From positions 372,001 to 436,000 of the forward strand of contig QPGO01000045.1 in NCBI GenBank assembly GCA_008632985.1: DNA of 64,000 nt. The letters are read 5' to 3'. The translations under genes and the position numbers were made by a program. A model generated the notes under the pieces. It was not told where the DNA came from. It was given only the letters and a program-made list of their open reading frames with translations, and ran no database searches. The stretch comes from Psammoneis japonica (taxonomy: Eukaryota). Position 1 is the first letter of the stretch; each line of letters opens with the position of its first letter. Below, piece by piece: positions 26,611 to 38,799 of the stretch.

Positions 26611-29600
26611 CTCGCCGGTGTCATGAATATCCTTCATTTTTGCTTCCAAGGCTTTCTGAGCATACCTGTACTTCTGATGCACTTCAACAAATCCAAGCAT
26701 GAGACGATGATATAATGATACAGGCGTCTCTGACCCGCGGCAGTAGTTGCGCTTGACATATTTCCCGAGAAACATCGCTCTCACGATACTCCGACAAACG
26801 AGGCAACTCTCTGAGCCTTGAAAGTTGTTCTAGCGAGTAGTTGAAACAGTCCCTCGATTGTCACATGCGAATGACATCCATTTGCCCCGTCGCGATTCGT
26901 GTAGCAGTGATTCTACGTTGCACATAGTCGACCCGAGTGCGCTCTCCAAGACAGAGCATTTGCTTTTATCACTTTCAAGCGCTCGCATTCTCACCTTGTG
27001 TGCCCTTCAAGTGATGGAGAAACCAAGATTCCTAACGTCGAGAACATTTTTCAATGCCAAAGCAAGAGAGGACACTGAGTGCAATTTGCCTCATATACTT
27101 TCCTCGTCTGTAGCGTGATCGGTTTGCATTCGTATTAATGCTCGAGTTTGAAACAAGAACCTGCGTTGGTCCTACCAGAGTCTATCTGATACACCAGGGT
27201 CCAACACACTACGAAGGCGTGACCGTCGTTGCCTCTCAACATGCAATAATTGTCCACAATTATGTGTTTTGCTTTGGCCGTCAATCTTCAATCTTTATTT
27301 CATGCGCTTCAAGCAAATGCATCAGCGATGATGCTCAGTTTGAGAGCCTACCAGAAACCGGATTCCGATATCCGTAGATGCGACGCTGCTTGTCTCGCCC
27401 TCGAGAACCCGAGCAAAGCAGCCATAATTTTGCAGCAACAGTAATAACAACACGAGCCAATCAGAAACTCGAAGACGAACCCACAGTCGAAGCTTGCCAT
27501 TCTCGCAAAGGCATTCCCAAGATTCAGAGGCAAACATTTCAAGCCAAGTATAATAGTTGTGTATCGTTTCAACCCCGTACACGAGTCACGTTGGTCGTGC
27601 TTCCTCCTGAATGGGACACGCCAAGTTTCCAACTGCAAGCTAAGTTGAGTTATGCCGGGGAAAGTAGCCATTTTCTTGCATCAACCTTGCTGCAAAGCGA
27701 TCGATAGATTCTACAACGGCCAAGCTCTGTCGTCGGCAACGCATCGTTGGCGACTCACTCAGTCACTGCGTAGACATCAATAACAATGCTTTTTCAGGAG
27801 CTTCTTTGCAGTCACTTGTAAAGGGTTGAATGTCACCAACTGAATGTTCTTGTAGAGAGTCGCCGAGTGACTGCTCAGCCCAAACCACGCGGTAGCATAA
27901 TCACATATCACATTGATTTGCGCCTCATCTCTCCGTCTCGGGAAGACGTTTCCCATGCAGTTTCTGAGATGTTGTACGCACTGGCAGACTGGCTGCCAGT
28001 CTGATTTTCAAATTTTTGATTCCTCTTCTTTCTCCTCGCACTTGTATACATAAATGACAGATTAATTTTGTATGGATTTGAATATTTTGTTTTGATCTCA
28101 ACGGATCCGTTGAGGAATGATCGTCATACGGAAATAAGAAAAGATAATTAATGAGGAAATCGCGACATGACGTTGTCCTTTTGTTGTTTCCCCACACTCC
28201 TTGCAGTGCAGTTCACACAGTCGCATTCTCAAGCCAGATGTCAAAGACATGGTCAGTGAATTTTTAGCAAAAAAAAGAGGTTGGTGCCTTTCTCCTCCAG
28301 AAGAATGGCTTCGTGAAGCATGCAGTGCCACAGAGTGATGCACAAGGGTGCTCGAGGGAGGAGTTTGGAGGTGTGTGCACCATGTCCTCCAGAGAGCTCC
28401 AGAAAGAGGGCAGTTGGCTTCAGGTGACCTTTGCAACTTGTCTTTTCTGCCCAGACACCCAGTCACATAACGGCTCTGCCTCTTGTGGACCCTTGGATCT
28501 CACCAAGCTTGTGGCTGGCAACGGTGATTCTTGACAGAAGCTCTTGCCTGCACGTGCGAACAAACAGCAGAAAGCTCCTGCAAGCGTTGCTCAAGTTGCT
28601 TTTTGTCTTGATTGTGCAAATTGTGCCAACATGTGCTCATCATCACAGATTTGCCAAGTTCAACAAAATGAGTGACTTGGACATGAGAGGCAACTTTGAA
28701 GGTCAGACAATCATTTGCTTTTGCAGCTCCATGTGCAACACCTGACCGCAATTGTGTGTGTTTTGTTTTGGCATCAGTTTTTGCAATGATGATGTGCTCC
28801 AAGCAAACACAAGAGCAATGACGTCAGCTTGAGATCCTGACAGAAAGTGGGTTCCCAAATCTGCCATCCCACCCTCTCAAGAACAGGCATTGTGCCAAAG
28901 CCAAATGTGAAGCCTGACGTGAGCCAACCAGAAACTCAAAAATGGGGCGCAGCTGAAGCTGGCCAATTGCGTGCTTGCAGCACCAATTTCAAAGATGCAG
29001 AGACAGACATTCCAAGCCATGCAAGAGCTGCACATTCTTTCAAGTCCATGCACAAGTCATGGGTGCACTTCGCAAGCTTTCAATCAAACTGGGCAGCCCA
29101 AGAAGAGATCCCACTGCCATGAAAGCTGAGCCAATCTTGCTGCAATCAGTCTGGCAAAATGCATCATGCAGCCTCCAAGCACCCCTTTTGTCAAAGAAGT
29201 CAAGCTGGCAACCCCCATCCAGGCACCCCCTCTCTTGATGCACAACTCAGCAACAAGCCCAACTTTGTGGCCACTTCTCCAGAACCAAAGATGCTTTGTT
29301 GACTCCCATGAGCAGCAGACAGCAAGCAGTTGTTTTGCTTCCAGTGTGGCTGTTCTGTGCCCCAGTTGTGATCATGTCAAGCAAAAATTGCTGGTGTTTT
29401 CAACTCCTGTCTGTGCCATCACATTGATGATTGGGCAAGTTTGCACACACAGCAATCTGGGCACAGATGAAAAAACAATTGGCTTTAAATTCTGCTGCAC
29501 CTTTGCTCAGCATTGCCAGCACTGGCTGACCCACCGCACTTCCAGCGCAGCACCAAGTGTGTGTCAGAAAAAGGGTCTGGCCAGAAGAGGTGCCACCCTG

Positions 29601-30297
29601 AGATGGCACCCAAAATGAGTGCAGCTGGCAATGGCGCAGGCACCCCAAAGCATGAGCACGTTGCCACTTTTGGGCTCTTGCACTCAATGATGGACAAACT
29701 GCTGCAACCCAGTTCTTGATCTGGGTTGTTGAGTGTGTCTTGCACTTCTCTGCCCAATCCAAAGCAGTGAGCACAAGTCAGCTGGTCTTTGGTCAGGCAC
29801 TCCTGCCATTTGTTGCATGTGGACTGGCAATGAACTCTGCCTTGGCCAGGCAATGTTGAGCTGACTTGTGCAGCTCCACATTGCACCTGTGTTGCATGGT
29901 TGTTGTGAGCTTCCACAATTCCTGCCAGCAAGGAGGTCTCTCTTGTTTTCTGACTGGCGCTGTCTCAGCCAGGCCAAGTCACACAACAGTTGAGCCAAGA
30001 TTTGGGGTGACAAGCTGTTGCCAGCCAACCTCAGTGTGCACATTCCAAAGGGCTCAATGGCGACACTCTGCCTCATCCCAAAAAAAACTTCATCAGCCCT
30101 CTGTTTGAGCCAAGTGAGTGCGTGAGTGTCTCAACATTCCAGTGTCCAAGTTGCCAAGAGATCATTGAGGATCCAGACCAGCAGCACTGTCTGCAACATG
30201 TTTCCATGCTTGACAAAAGTGCAACTTGTCAATGATTGAAGTTTGTCACTTGCGTGCTGATTGCATGCAAACAAATGAATCATTTTTGCTCATTTTA

Positions 30298-32170
30298 AGC
30301 CACCTGTGTGGCCCATTCTGTCCACATTTTAAACACTTGTCAAGAACAGTTTCATTTGTTTTTTCCCTTCCACATTTGTCAGATCTCTGCCTTTCTTTAA
30401 GTTGCCTGTGTGGCTCACACAAGTGTTTTCTCTGTGTGCCACAGTTTGCTGGTTCAATCTGTTGTGGCAAAGGCAAGTGAGCTTGGCAACATGTTTCTGA
30501 AAGGCACTTGAGTGATGTGTTTCCCATCACAAAAACATCAAACCAACCATGAAGATTGCAGAGGCCACAACACTTCTCATCACTTCCGGCTGGCTTGCAA
30601 GGTGTGTGGATGGATCCTCACCTCACACACAAGGTGCTGCAGCATGGTGGCTTTTCTGGGACTTCACAAGTCCAGAATCTCATCCAGCCTCTGAGGTGCC
30701 TCCAATTAAAAAAAAATTGTTTCAGCCCCACAAGCAGACAACTGCTGCAAGGGATGTGGGAAGTGCTGCTGCGCTGTTGCTTGGTCGGGTGAAGAAATCC
30801 AGCACAGCTGCTGTGAAGCACATGAGTCCAAAGTGTTTGCTTTTGAGCATGCAATGATTTCCAGAGCATTTCCATTCGGCACTCAATGATGATCAGAAAC
30901 AGCCAATCCGAGAAAATGCAATGCAATGGGCATGTTGGGCATTTTGCCACACGGGAGTTGCTCAAGCAGCAACAACCTTTTAAGACATCATCGCAATGCT
31001 TTGCAGAGCATTTCTTTTAGAAGGAACCTGGAATCAAGAGCTGCAGAACAAAAACCCAGATCATTCCAGAGCTGTGGCAAATGCTCTGTCATGCCAACAA
31101 AAAACAGCAGGGCTTCTAGTTGCAGCGCAGTTGCCCCAGCTCTGGTCATTTTTGTGCTGCTCCTTGCCCTTGTTGTTCTCTGGTGAGCAGGCATTGCAAA
31201 TGTCCCAAAAGGATTTTTGGTTTCTGTCACCTCTCCAATCCACAAAAGACACCGTTTGTGGTTCTTTTTGCATTCAAAACTTCTCTGTTGGCAAAGGGAC
31301 AGCCAAGGGCATTCCATGTCTCCCACTTGTGCCTCTTCCTCCATTTCTTTCATCATTCAGGTGTCCTTGGTGGAGGTGTTTGTTGTGTTGCTGCTCAGCA
31401 GTGGCAACACATTTGAGACGCACAATTGTTGTCACAACAAAAATCCTTCTGCTGTTGATCCTTGTTTTGATCAAACCTCACCCACAGAATCAAAACAAAT
31501 GATTCACAGGAAAGGATTGACAACAGGACAGCTGCAATGACCAAATGAACAATGTTTGTGAGATGAGAGACATTGGTGCAACACAACAAAGAACACCAAT
31601 GTTTTGCAACTTGCTGGCACTGAAGCTCTGGTTTTCTTCTGTGCCAGCACCGCGCATTGTGTGGTGCCAGAATTGCACACTTCCTTTTGTTGACTTTTTC
31701 TTTGATTTGGCTGGGATTGGACAAGTTTTGTGCATGTTGCCTGGTGATGGAGACATTGCAACACACAGTCATCATCACAAAAACACTTTCTGCTGGCAAT
31801 CACTTTGACCAAACCTCACCAAGGGGAGTGGAATGAACAATTTGTTGAAGACAATTGCCAGCAGGACAGCCACAACAAGGTTGGCATGCAACAGACTGAA
31901 ATGGAAATCATCATGGTGACAGCACAAGAAGGGTTGCATTTCACTCGCAAAAAATGCTCCATCGGATGGTCATGCAGACTTGCAGGGGGGGTCCCATTGA
32001 GTCACCTGTGTGGCTCATTTTGTTCTCATTTTGAGCTCTTGTTGAGAACAGCTTGCTTGTGCTTTTTCTTCATTTGTCAGATCTCTGCCTTTGTTTTAGT
32101 TGCCTGTGTGGCTCATTTTGTTCTCATTTTAAACCTCTCAAGAACAGCTTCATTCATTTCCTTTTCTTTC
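30298..32170. repeat. Dispersed/tandem ~100-bp repeat (copies at ~30298, ~32000, ~32098)
   Basis: CCTGTGTGGCyCATT...AGAACAG...CATTTGTCAGATCTCTGCCTTT..TT.GTTGCCTGTGTGGCTCA recurs. Confidence 0.8.
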
Positions 32171-33644
32171 CATTTCGTTGGCTCTCTGCCTTTGCTTTGT
32201 GCTCTGTCTCTGCTGCACCTGTCCTTTTTTCCTGCTGGACACTGCACAGATCATCCTCTGATCCATGACATCCACCAACAACAATGACACACCCCTGTCA
32301 CAATCCACTTTGTTGTCCTGGTTGGATGTGTGACAATGACAACAACAACAACAAGCATGCTCTCCAAAGACATTTTCAAAGGCATCGCCAGCATTTTTCC
32401 TTTTTCATTTTAGCCTCAACCCTGACAATGACTTTGGGAAGCACACCCCCAGCTGTCGAATCAAAAAATTTGTGACATTGCCAAATTTGCAACAAGTTCC
32501 AAATTCCCACACAATTGCCGTGCAGCGAGTTGAGAAATGACCCTTGTCACACCCTCCAAGATCATCTTTGCAATGCAGGCAACATCCTCTGGTGCAATTT
32601 AAGGTGCAGGTGTTCTTTCTGCTTCAACTGAGAAAAGACATGATGCACAAGAAATGACAAGAAATCCTCATTTTCAAAGGAAATTGCCTTCTTGTGACAG
32701 CAACTCATGCTGATGCATTGAAAGATTTCAACAAAAATGACCTTTTTGGACAATTGCATCACCTTTCCTCACAAACAAAATGTCGCACAGCTCTTCACAA
32801 TGACAACAATCCAGTTGGTTTGTTGTTTGATGTCACTTGCAGACCTGCCATTGTTGAAACAGCAGTGTTTGCTCATTTGAAGCAAAAAATGAAGCACACA
32901 GACCAGCGACCTCGTGCGTGCTTTCATTGTAAAAAAATTTGAGCCATTTGTCTTTGCAGATTAATTTGCAACTCACAAATTTTGCATTTCAGCAGCCAGC
33001 GCCACAGGAAAAGAAGCGCTGAGAACAGCAGGAAGAGCAGCTCAGATTTAAACTTGCCAAGGGGGGCATGGTCTTTGCATCTCATGAAGCGATCAATGGC
33101 TCCACTGCTTGGAAAGCCACTGCCAGATGACAGAGACTGGGAAAATTGTTTCATCTTCTTCCCTGTCACCTTCACTGCAAATGAAGACAATGGCCAGAGT
33201 TTGTCAGCTCCAAGGGGTCATTCTTGTGTTGAGTTTGATGGCATGTCTTGGTGTCTCCAATTTGAGCAACAGGCTCTCCGGGCAGAAAAGGTGCATGACG
33301 CACAAGCCAAAGCCAATTGAGAAGCTAAAATGGAGCATGTGGTGGTGTCTTCATGTCCCAGCAAACATTTGCCAAACACCAAGCCATGTCATCATCATCA
33401 TCGCCACAAATGCACATTGGTTTGAGTTCCTGCCTGCAAGACATGGACCCCAAATGCACTCAGTCTGCATTTGTTGAGTGGGTTGGCCCAATTGTGGTGT
33501 CTTTGCACTCTTGATTTGGGAAGCTGCAAGCCTTGTCTTGGGCAGCAGCAGCCCCATTGCGTGATTCCTCCACAAACAAGAAGATGCCCAGCTGCACAAA
33601 TGAGTTGTGGAAGCACGAGGCCCACATGTGTGGCAAAAGAGATG

Positions 33645-34670
33645 TGCAGTTGTCTTGGGATGGCACTGGAGGGCTCCGGCAGGTTGCCAGGGACATGCTT
33701 GCAACCATGGTTGGGGAGCAAATGCTTTGTCTTGTGTCAATGCAGCACCTTGTCTCTCTGACATGACTGGCTTTGGCGCCCAGCCTGCCAACAAGCAGAG
33801 ACAAGAAAACCATCTGTGTGATGGTGCAAGTGCTTTGTTGTTTCAAGATGGCATTGGATGAGTGGACTCCATTGGGTCCCAGAGGATGCAATGACAACAA
33901 AGGTTGTGAAGCAAAGGCCATGTCTTGTGTCAACACAGCACCCTGTCTCTTTGACATGACTGGGTTCTTTGGCCCAGCCACCCCACCTGCAAGGACAAGA
34001 AAGCCATCTGTGTGACAGCACAAATGCTTTGTTTTGTCTTCTTGGGATGGCTTTTGGCAACTCCATTGGATCCCAGAGGAGCCAACAACAACCATGGTTG
34101 GGGAGCAAATGCCTGCTTGTCTTGTGTCAATGCAGCACCTTGTGTCTCTGTCATGTGACTGGCTTTGGCCCAGCCACCCCACCCACAGAGACAAGAAAAC
34201 CATCTTTGCAACAGCGCAAGTGTGCTCAGTTGTCTTGGGATGGCTTTTGAAGCCTCCATTGGATCCCACAGAAGCCAACAACAACCATGGTTGGGGAGCA
34301 AATGCCTTGTCTTGTGTCAATGCAGCCAGCACCTTGTGTCTCTGACATGTGACTGGCTTTGGCCCAGCCACCCCACCCACAGAGACAAAAAAACCATCTG
34401 TGCAACAGTGCAAGTGTTCAGTTGTCTTGGGACAACTTCTGGTGACTCTGTTGCATCATCCCAGAGGAGCCAACAACAATGGCAGTTGGGGAGCAAATGC
34501 CTTGTCTTGTGTCAATGCAGCACCTTGTCTCTCTGACATGACTGGGTTTGGCCCAGCCACCAACAACCAATTTGCAAGCAAGAAAGACAAGGGAGCCATC
34601 TGTGTTGCAGCACAAGCACTCAGTTGTCTTGGGATGGGCACAAGAGACTTCATTGGGTCCCTGAGGAGGC
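33645..34670. repeat. Tandem array of 5-6 diverged ~190-200 bp units
   Basis: Unit starts (CAGTTGTCTTGGGATGG-like) at ~33648, 33836, 34033, 34228, 34419 and 34621. The shared core is GGGGAGCAAATGC..TGTCTTGTGTCAATGCAGCACCTTGT..TGACTGG.TTTGGCCCAGCC. Confidence 0.92.
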
Positions 34671-37600
34671 AAGAGAATGTGAACTCTGAACAAGAGCAAA
34701 TGCATTTTCCAGATGACATTTGTGCACAACATTTGCTCAGGTCTGACAAGGCCAGCTGTCTCTGGAAAGAAGAAAGATGCCACAGACTTGACTTGCTGTT
34801 GCAGCTCCACTCCAGATGTGGCGCCAGCTGCCCAAGCTTCAGCCCCATTGAATCCCGCACTGCTCAGACAGTTTTGCAATCTGACGCTCAAGCATTTTTG
34901 CTGCTTGGTCTGTTGCACCAAAAAGGTGGGGTTCCAAGCTTTCTTGACACCTTTTGCTTTCAAAGCACTGGTCATGCATGGTGAGCCTGTGCTCTGAAGG
35001 TGCCCATTGCTTCAGCATCAGATTGTTCATGCCTCTGGGACATTGAATTGACAAATTTTCCTCAATGCTCAGTCAACATCTGTGATCTGCTGGAAACTTT
35101 GACCACTCAAAACACTCCGCCAACTGCCTTTCACTCAAGGCACTCTGTGTTCCTGAGAGCATGAGCTGTGTGCTAAAATGTGCCCATGATTGTGCAGCTC
35201 CATGACATCAGCAATTCAGTGACAAGCACAGGAGGTTGTCTTGAAAGTTGTGTGCTCATGGCATGCCTTGTGCACTCTGTTCATTGGATGGCCAAGCCTT
35301 TCTCATGGGGTCAGATTGTGGCTCACCCTTCACAAAGAGACAACTCACTCTAAACCACTTCTTGAAGGAGCACTCCAAAGCTCCCCAATCAGAAAGTGAC
35401 ATGCTTGCCTCAACAACTGCACTTGCTTCTTTGTGTCAGCACTGTGACTGCAGTGTCATTCTAAAAATGCCTGAGATTGAAAGCATGCTGGGTGTCAAAA
35501 TGTCTTTGAGGTGCACTTTCATTGCTTTTCTGCAAGAAAAGCAAACATGCCTCTGAAAGATTTTCTCATCCACAAAAAATTCAAACTTGTTGTTTCTCCC
35601 CCCCCTGCAATCTGTCCACAAGTTGCATCTGCTGACCCATCATGCAATGCCTGGGCAGCTGCAAAATGCTGCACCATGAGCCATGGAAAGACTGGCAAGT
35701 GAGATCTGCACATTGCTGTCAGAGCTCTGTTTTTGCATCATGACCATGATTGCACCTCAAATGTTGGTGACAAGCATGGAGCAAGTTGCCACCCTTGCAT
35801 TGCCAGTGAGCAGCAGAGAAGAACACTTGCACAAAACAGAGCATGAGCTCTGAGCAGGGGTGCTCTCCTCCTTCTGTGTTGGCCCCAGATTTCAATGCAG
35901 AGAAGCTGAAAAATGCCATCAACTCACAGAGCTGCTGCTTGCTCTGCAAGGTTCCACAACAACATGACAGAAATTGATGGACACACGACCATCAAGTTCT
36001 TTTTTCACTTCTCTCAGAATTGTGGTCTGACCAAGTGCCACTCCTTGAAGAACACACAGGGGAGCAGCTTTTAATTTTGCTGCTTCTGTTGCCCCAGCAT
36101 TGTGGCTGCTTTCAATTTCCCCACTGCTCCACCAGGCAGTCAATGTCAACAGGCACCAAGACGACTTGGGGTCCATGGAGCAATCTCATGCTTGCAGAGG
36201 TTGTCTCAGGTCCTTGGCACGCCAAAACAAGGAGTGCACTGTGGCACAAAAACATGCTCAAGCCACTCCACTGCAGAAGAAATTCTTCTCACTTGTCACC
36301 AAGTGCCAAAAATGCACAAAAAAGGTGAAAAAAAACAAGATCAGGAGAGGAACAAGACTTGCTTTGCAAGAAGAATGCCAGGACACTGACATCATGCTCA
36401 CTTCTGAAACAGTCAGAACACAAGCAGCTTGTGGCACACCTTGCAGCACAAGATTGTTTGGCTCAACTTTGTCCACAAGGTCTCATGTTGGACAGAGCTG
36501 CAACACAGCAGTCAGCGCACAAGGCTTGGAGTGCAAAAAGTCATTGTCAAAAATGAACATGAACAGATGGGTGACAAATGTTGGCATGAGACAGATCTGA
36601 CAAATGCAGTGTGTTGTTTGTTTTTACATGCAAAAATCCAAAACAAATGGTCAACAAAAACAACATTGATTGGCACAAATCATGTGAAGAAAATTGAACA
36701 CCACTGTGTTGTGGCCTCTGATGGCCTCATGCTTTTCACTTGATGTGTTGTCACAACAATCTCTGGTTTTTCACCTGAGCTGCTGCCTGTTCTCCATCAT
36801 TTTGCTTTGTGCCTTTTCACACACACTGCAGTGTCACAAGGTGTGCCAGAGCAGGTGATCATTCACACAAAAGATGGCATGATGTGCGCATGACAAGGTG
36901 CGCCACCATGTGCTTCGTGAGGTGCACAAACAGGTTCTGAGAGCTGCGTGCCACCTGCTCACCACACGAGGAGAGAGAAAGGGAGGAGAGAGGAAGGGGT
37001 TGTGAGGGCAGCGAGCTTGAGCTCTAGGTAGACTAAAATGCAGAAGTGGTTTGAACAGCGATCCTCAATTCTTTCTTCTTTCCACCCTGTGTGTCAGATC
37101 TCCGGGTGCTCTCATGTTGAAGTAATTTGGTGTGTTGAATGCCGATGAGACATTGTGGTGTTGAAGTATTTCTAGTATTACTTTTACGTAACATTCTACG
37201 TACTTCAGATGTTTCCCTCCGACACAACACAAAAAAATCGACCATGACAGCTGCACAGAGCCGGCAGTCGACATTGTCGCCGTCACTTATGCTGCTGCTG
37301 TGCCAACAAAGCACGCATTACAGTAGAACTCTCTCTAAAAATGAATATACGAAAAGAGAGGTAAGAAAAACGCAAAAAATGGATAAGAAATGCCTTGCTA
37401 CTTTTTCCATCTTTAGAATTCGTCACTCACCTCTTGAGCTGCAATTTCTATTCGTTCTTGACAGATTGAATCGGCGGGTGAGATTTGTCGTTACTAATGT
37501 ACGCCTCTTTGTGTAGCATGCTTGCAACCTGCGTCAGCCACTGTACTGTACCACCAGGATTTCCATCTCCGGATACCTGAACTGGGTTCTATCATGACCG

Positions 37601-38034
37601 TGATCAAGGCGACCGTATCAAAATGGGCATCCTGGCTTACCCTCCTACTTACATTGTGATATCTCCCATGTCGTTAAAGACCATTTTATAGAGTATACTG
37701 CTGTTTGTGGAATGCTCTGATGCCTATATCTTACAACCGGTACACAAATCCTGGCTATATAGCAAGCATTTAACAGGGATGATCGTCTCGGCAATTGGTT
37801 CAGGGGCAAGATTATCAAGCCGTGCAGTAGCATTCGGTGCGCCGAGTTTAAGCAGGGCCGAATTGGGACCACTGGTTTTGAGTATGCCTTGACCTTATTG
37901 TATGGGAGAGAATATGCCATGCCATTACTGGCTGTGGTGGTGCTTTTCTTCCCTATAAACGGGGACGACTCCGCCCTCCCTGGCAAAGGTCTATCCCGTA
38001 CTATGTTGACGTCGTTCGCGGGGGGCGCGTTGTA

Positions 38035-38340
38035 GGCCTAGAAGATATGCGAAAGAACGAGGTTCGTGCAGGAGATCCCATGGCTGCATATGCTAGAAGA
38101 AGCAACAGAAGCGTCTACAAGCAGGACAGGAGGAGGTGGGGGGCAAGCGGCACCCATGAAACCGAGATACAAGGGACCTCCACCGAAGCCACACCGATTT
38201 GGTATCCCACTAGGCCCTAGGATATCGTTGGGACGGCGTAGATCGTGGGAAAGTGTTTGAAGACAAGGTATTGCTGGATAGGAAATACTGTCGAGAGGAA
38301 GAAGGAAGACACTAATAGGCTCAGTGCAGCCGACATGTAA
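38035..38340 (+). pseudogene. BUD13: BUD13/CWC26 (RES complex) C-terminal fragment
   Basis: RKNEVRAGDPMAAYA / PRYKGPPPKPHRFGI / PGYRWDGVDRGKVFEDK...SAADM* match the conserved BUD13 C-terminus, split by frameshifts. No N-terminal part is visible. Confidence 0.8.
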
Positions 38341-38799
38341 GATTCTCAAAAAGCTTTCTCTAGAATTTAACAACTACTTGGCAGTCTCGCTCTGATTGAT
38401 CTGCGTGAATCACAACCTATACTGAAATGATACATCCAAGGCATGTTGGTGAAGGTACTTCGCGTTGACCAGGAGTGTTGGCCACGACATCCTAGTTATC
38501 GACCTTTCGATCAATAGGAACACCTTGACAGTCACGGAAACAGAGCTGTCGTCTTGACGTGGGCGACATAAAAAGATGGTCCCTTGCTATGCCAGTCATT
38601 CTTCAGAGCCAGATTGACACTGGATGCCATTGATTCGAAGGAATTCACCTCAGATCCCCAGGAAAAGTGTAAATCGCTACCCACGTATTGAGGCATGTTG
38701 AGCAGTCTCATGCGGCTCGAACATACATCATCTCCATGGCGAGCGCGTCAAGAAGCTTGCTCCCACCAGTGTGCTGTGTAGTGGGATCAATTTTTGTCT

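Larger units (their letters stand above)
28180..37020. other. TpA/CpG-depleted tract C
   Basis: Roughly 20 TA dinucleotides in ~8.5 kb by eye. Long Tyr-free ORFs are present (e.g. 33460-34413, 317 aa). Confidence 0.92.

Noticed and set aside
33645..34670. CRISPR array
   Set aside because: Units are ~190 bp and similar along their whole length, with no unique spacers and no cas genes, in a eukaryotic context.
35950..36090. Degenerate P-loop NTPase (VLQG..GQTTILREVKK) on the minus strand
   Set aside because: A single imperfect motif requiring correction, with no supporting Walker B.
36967..37330. Polypurine tract followed by TG as the start of a 3' LTR
   Set aside because: No matching second LTR, PBS or RT/integrase motifs were found in the window.
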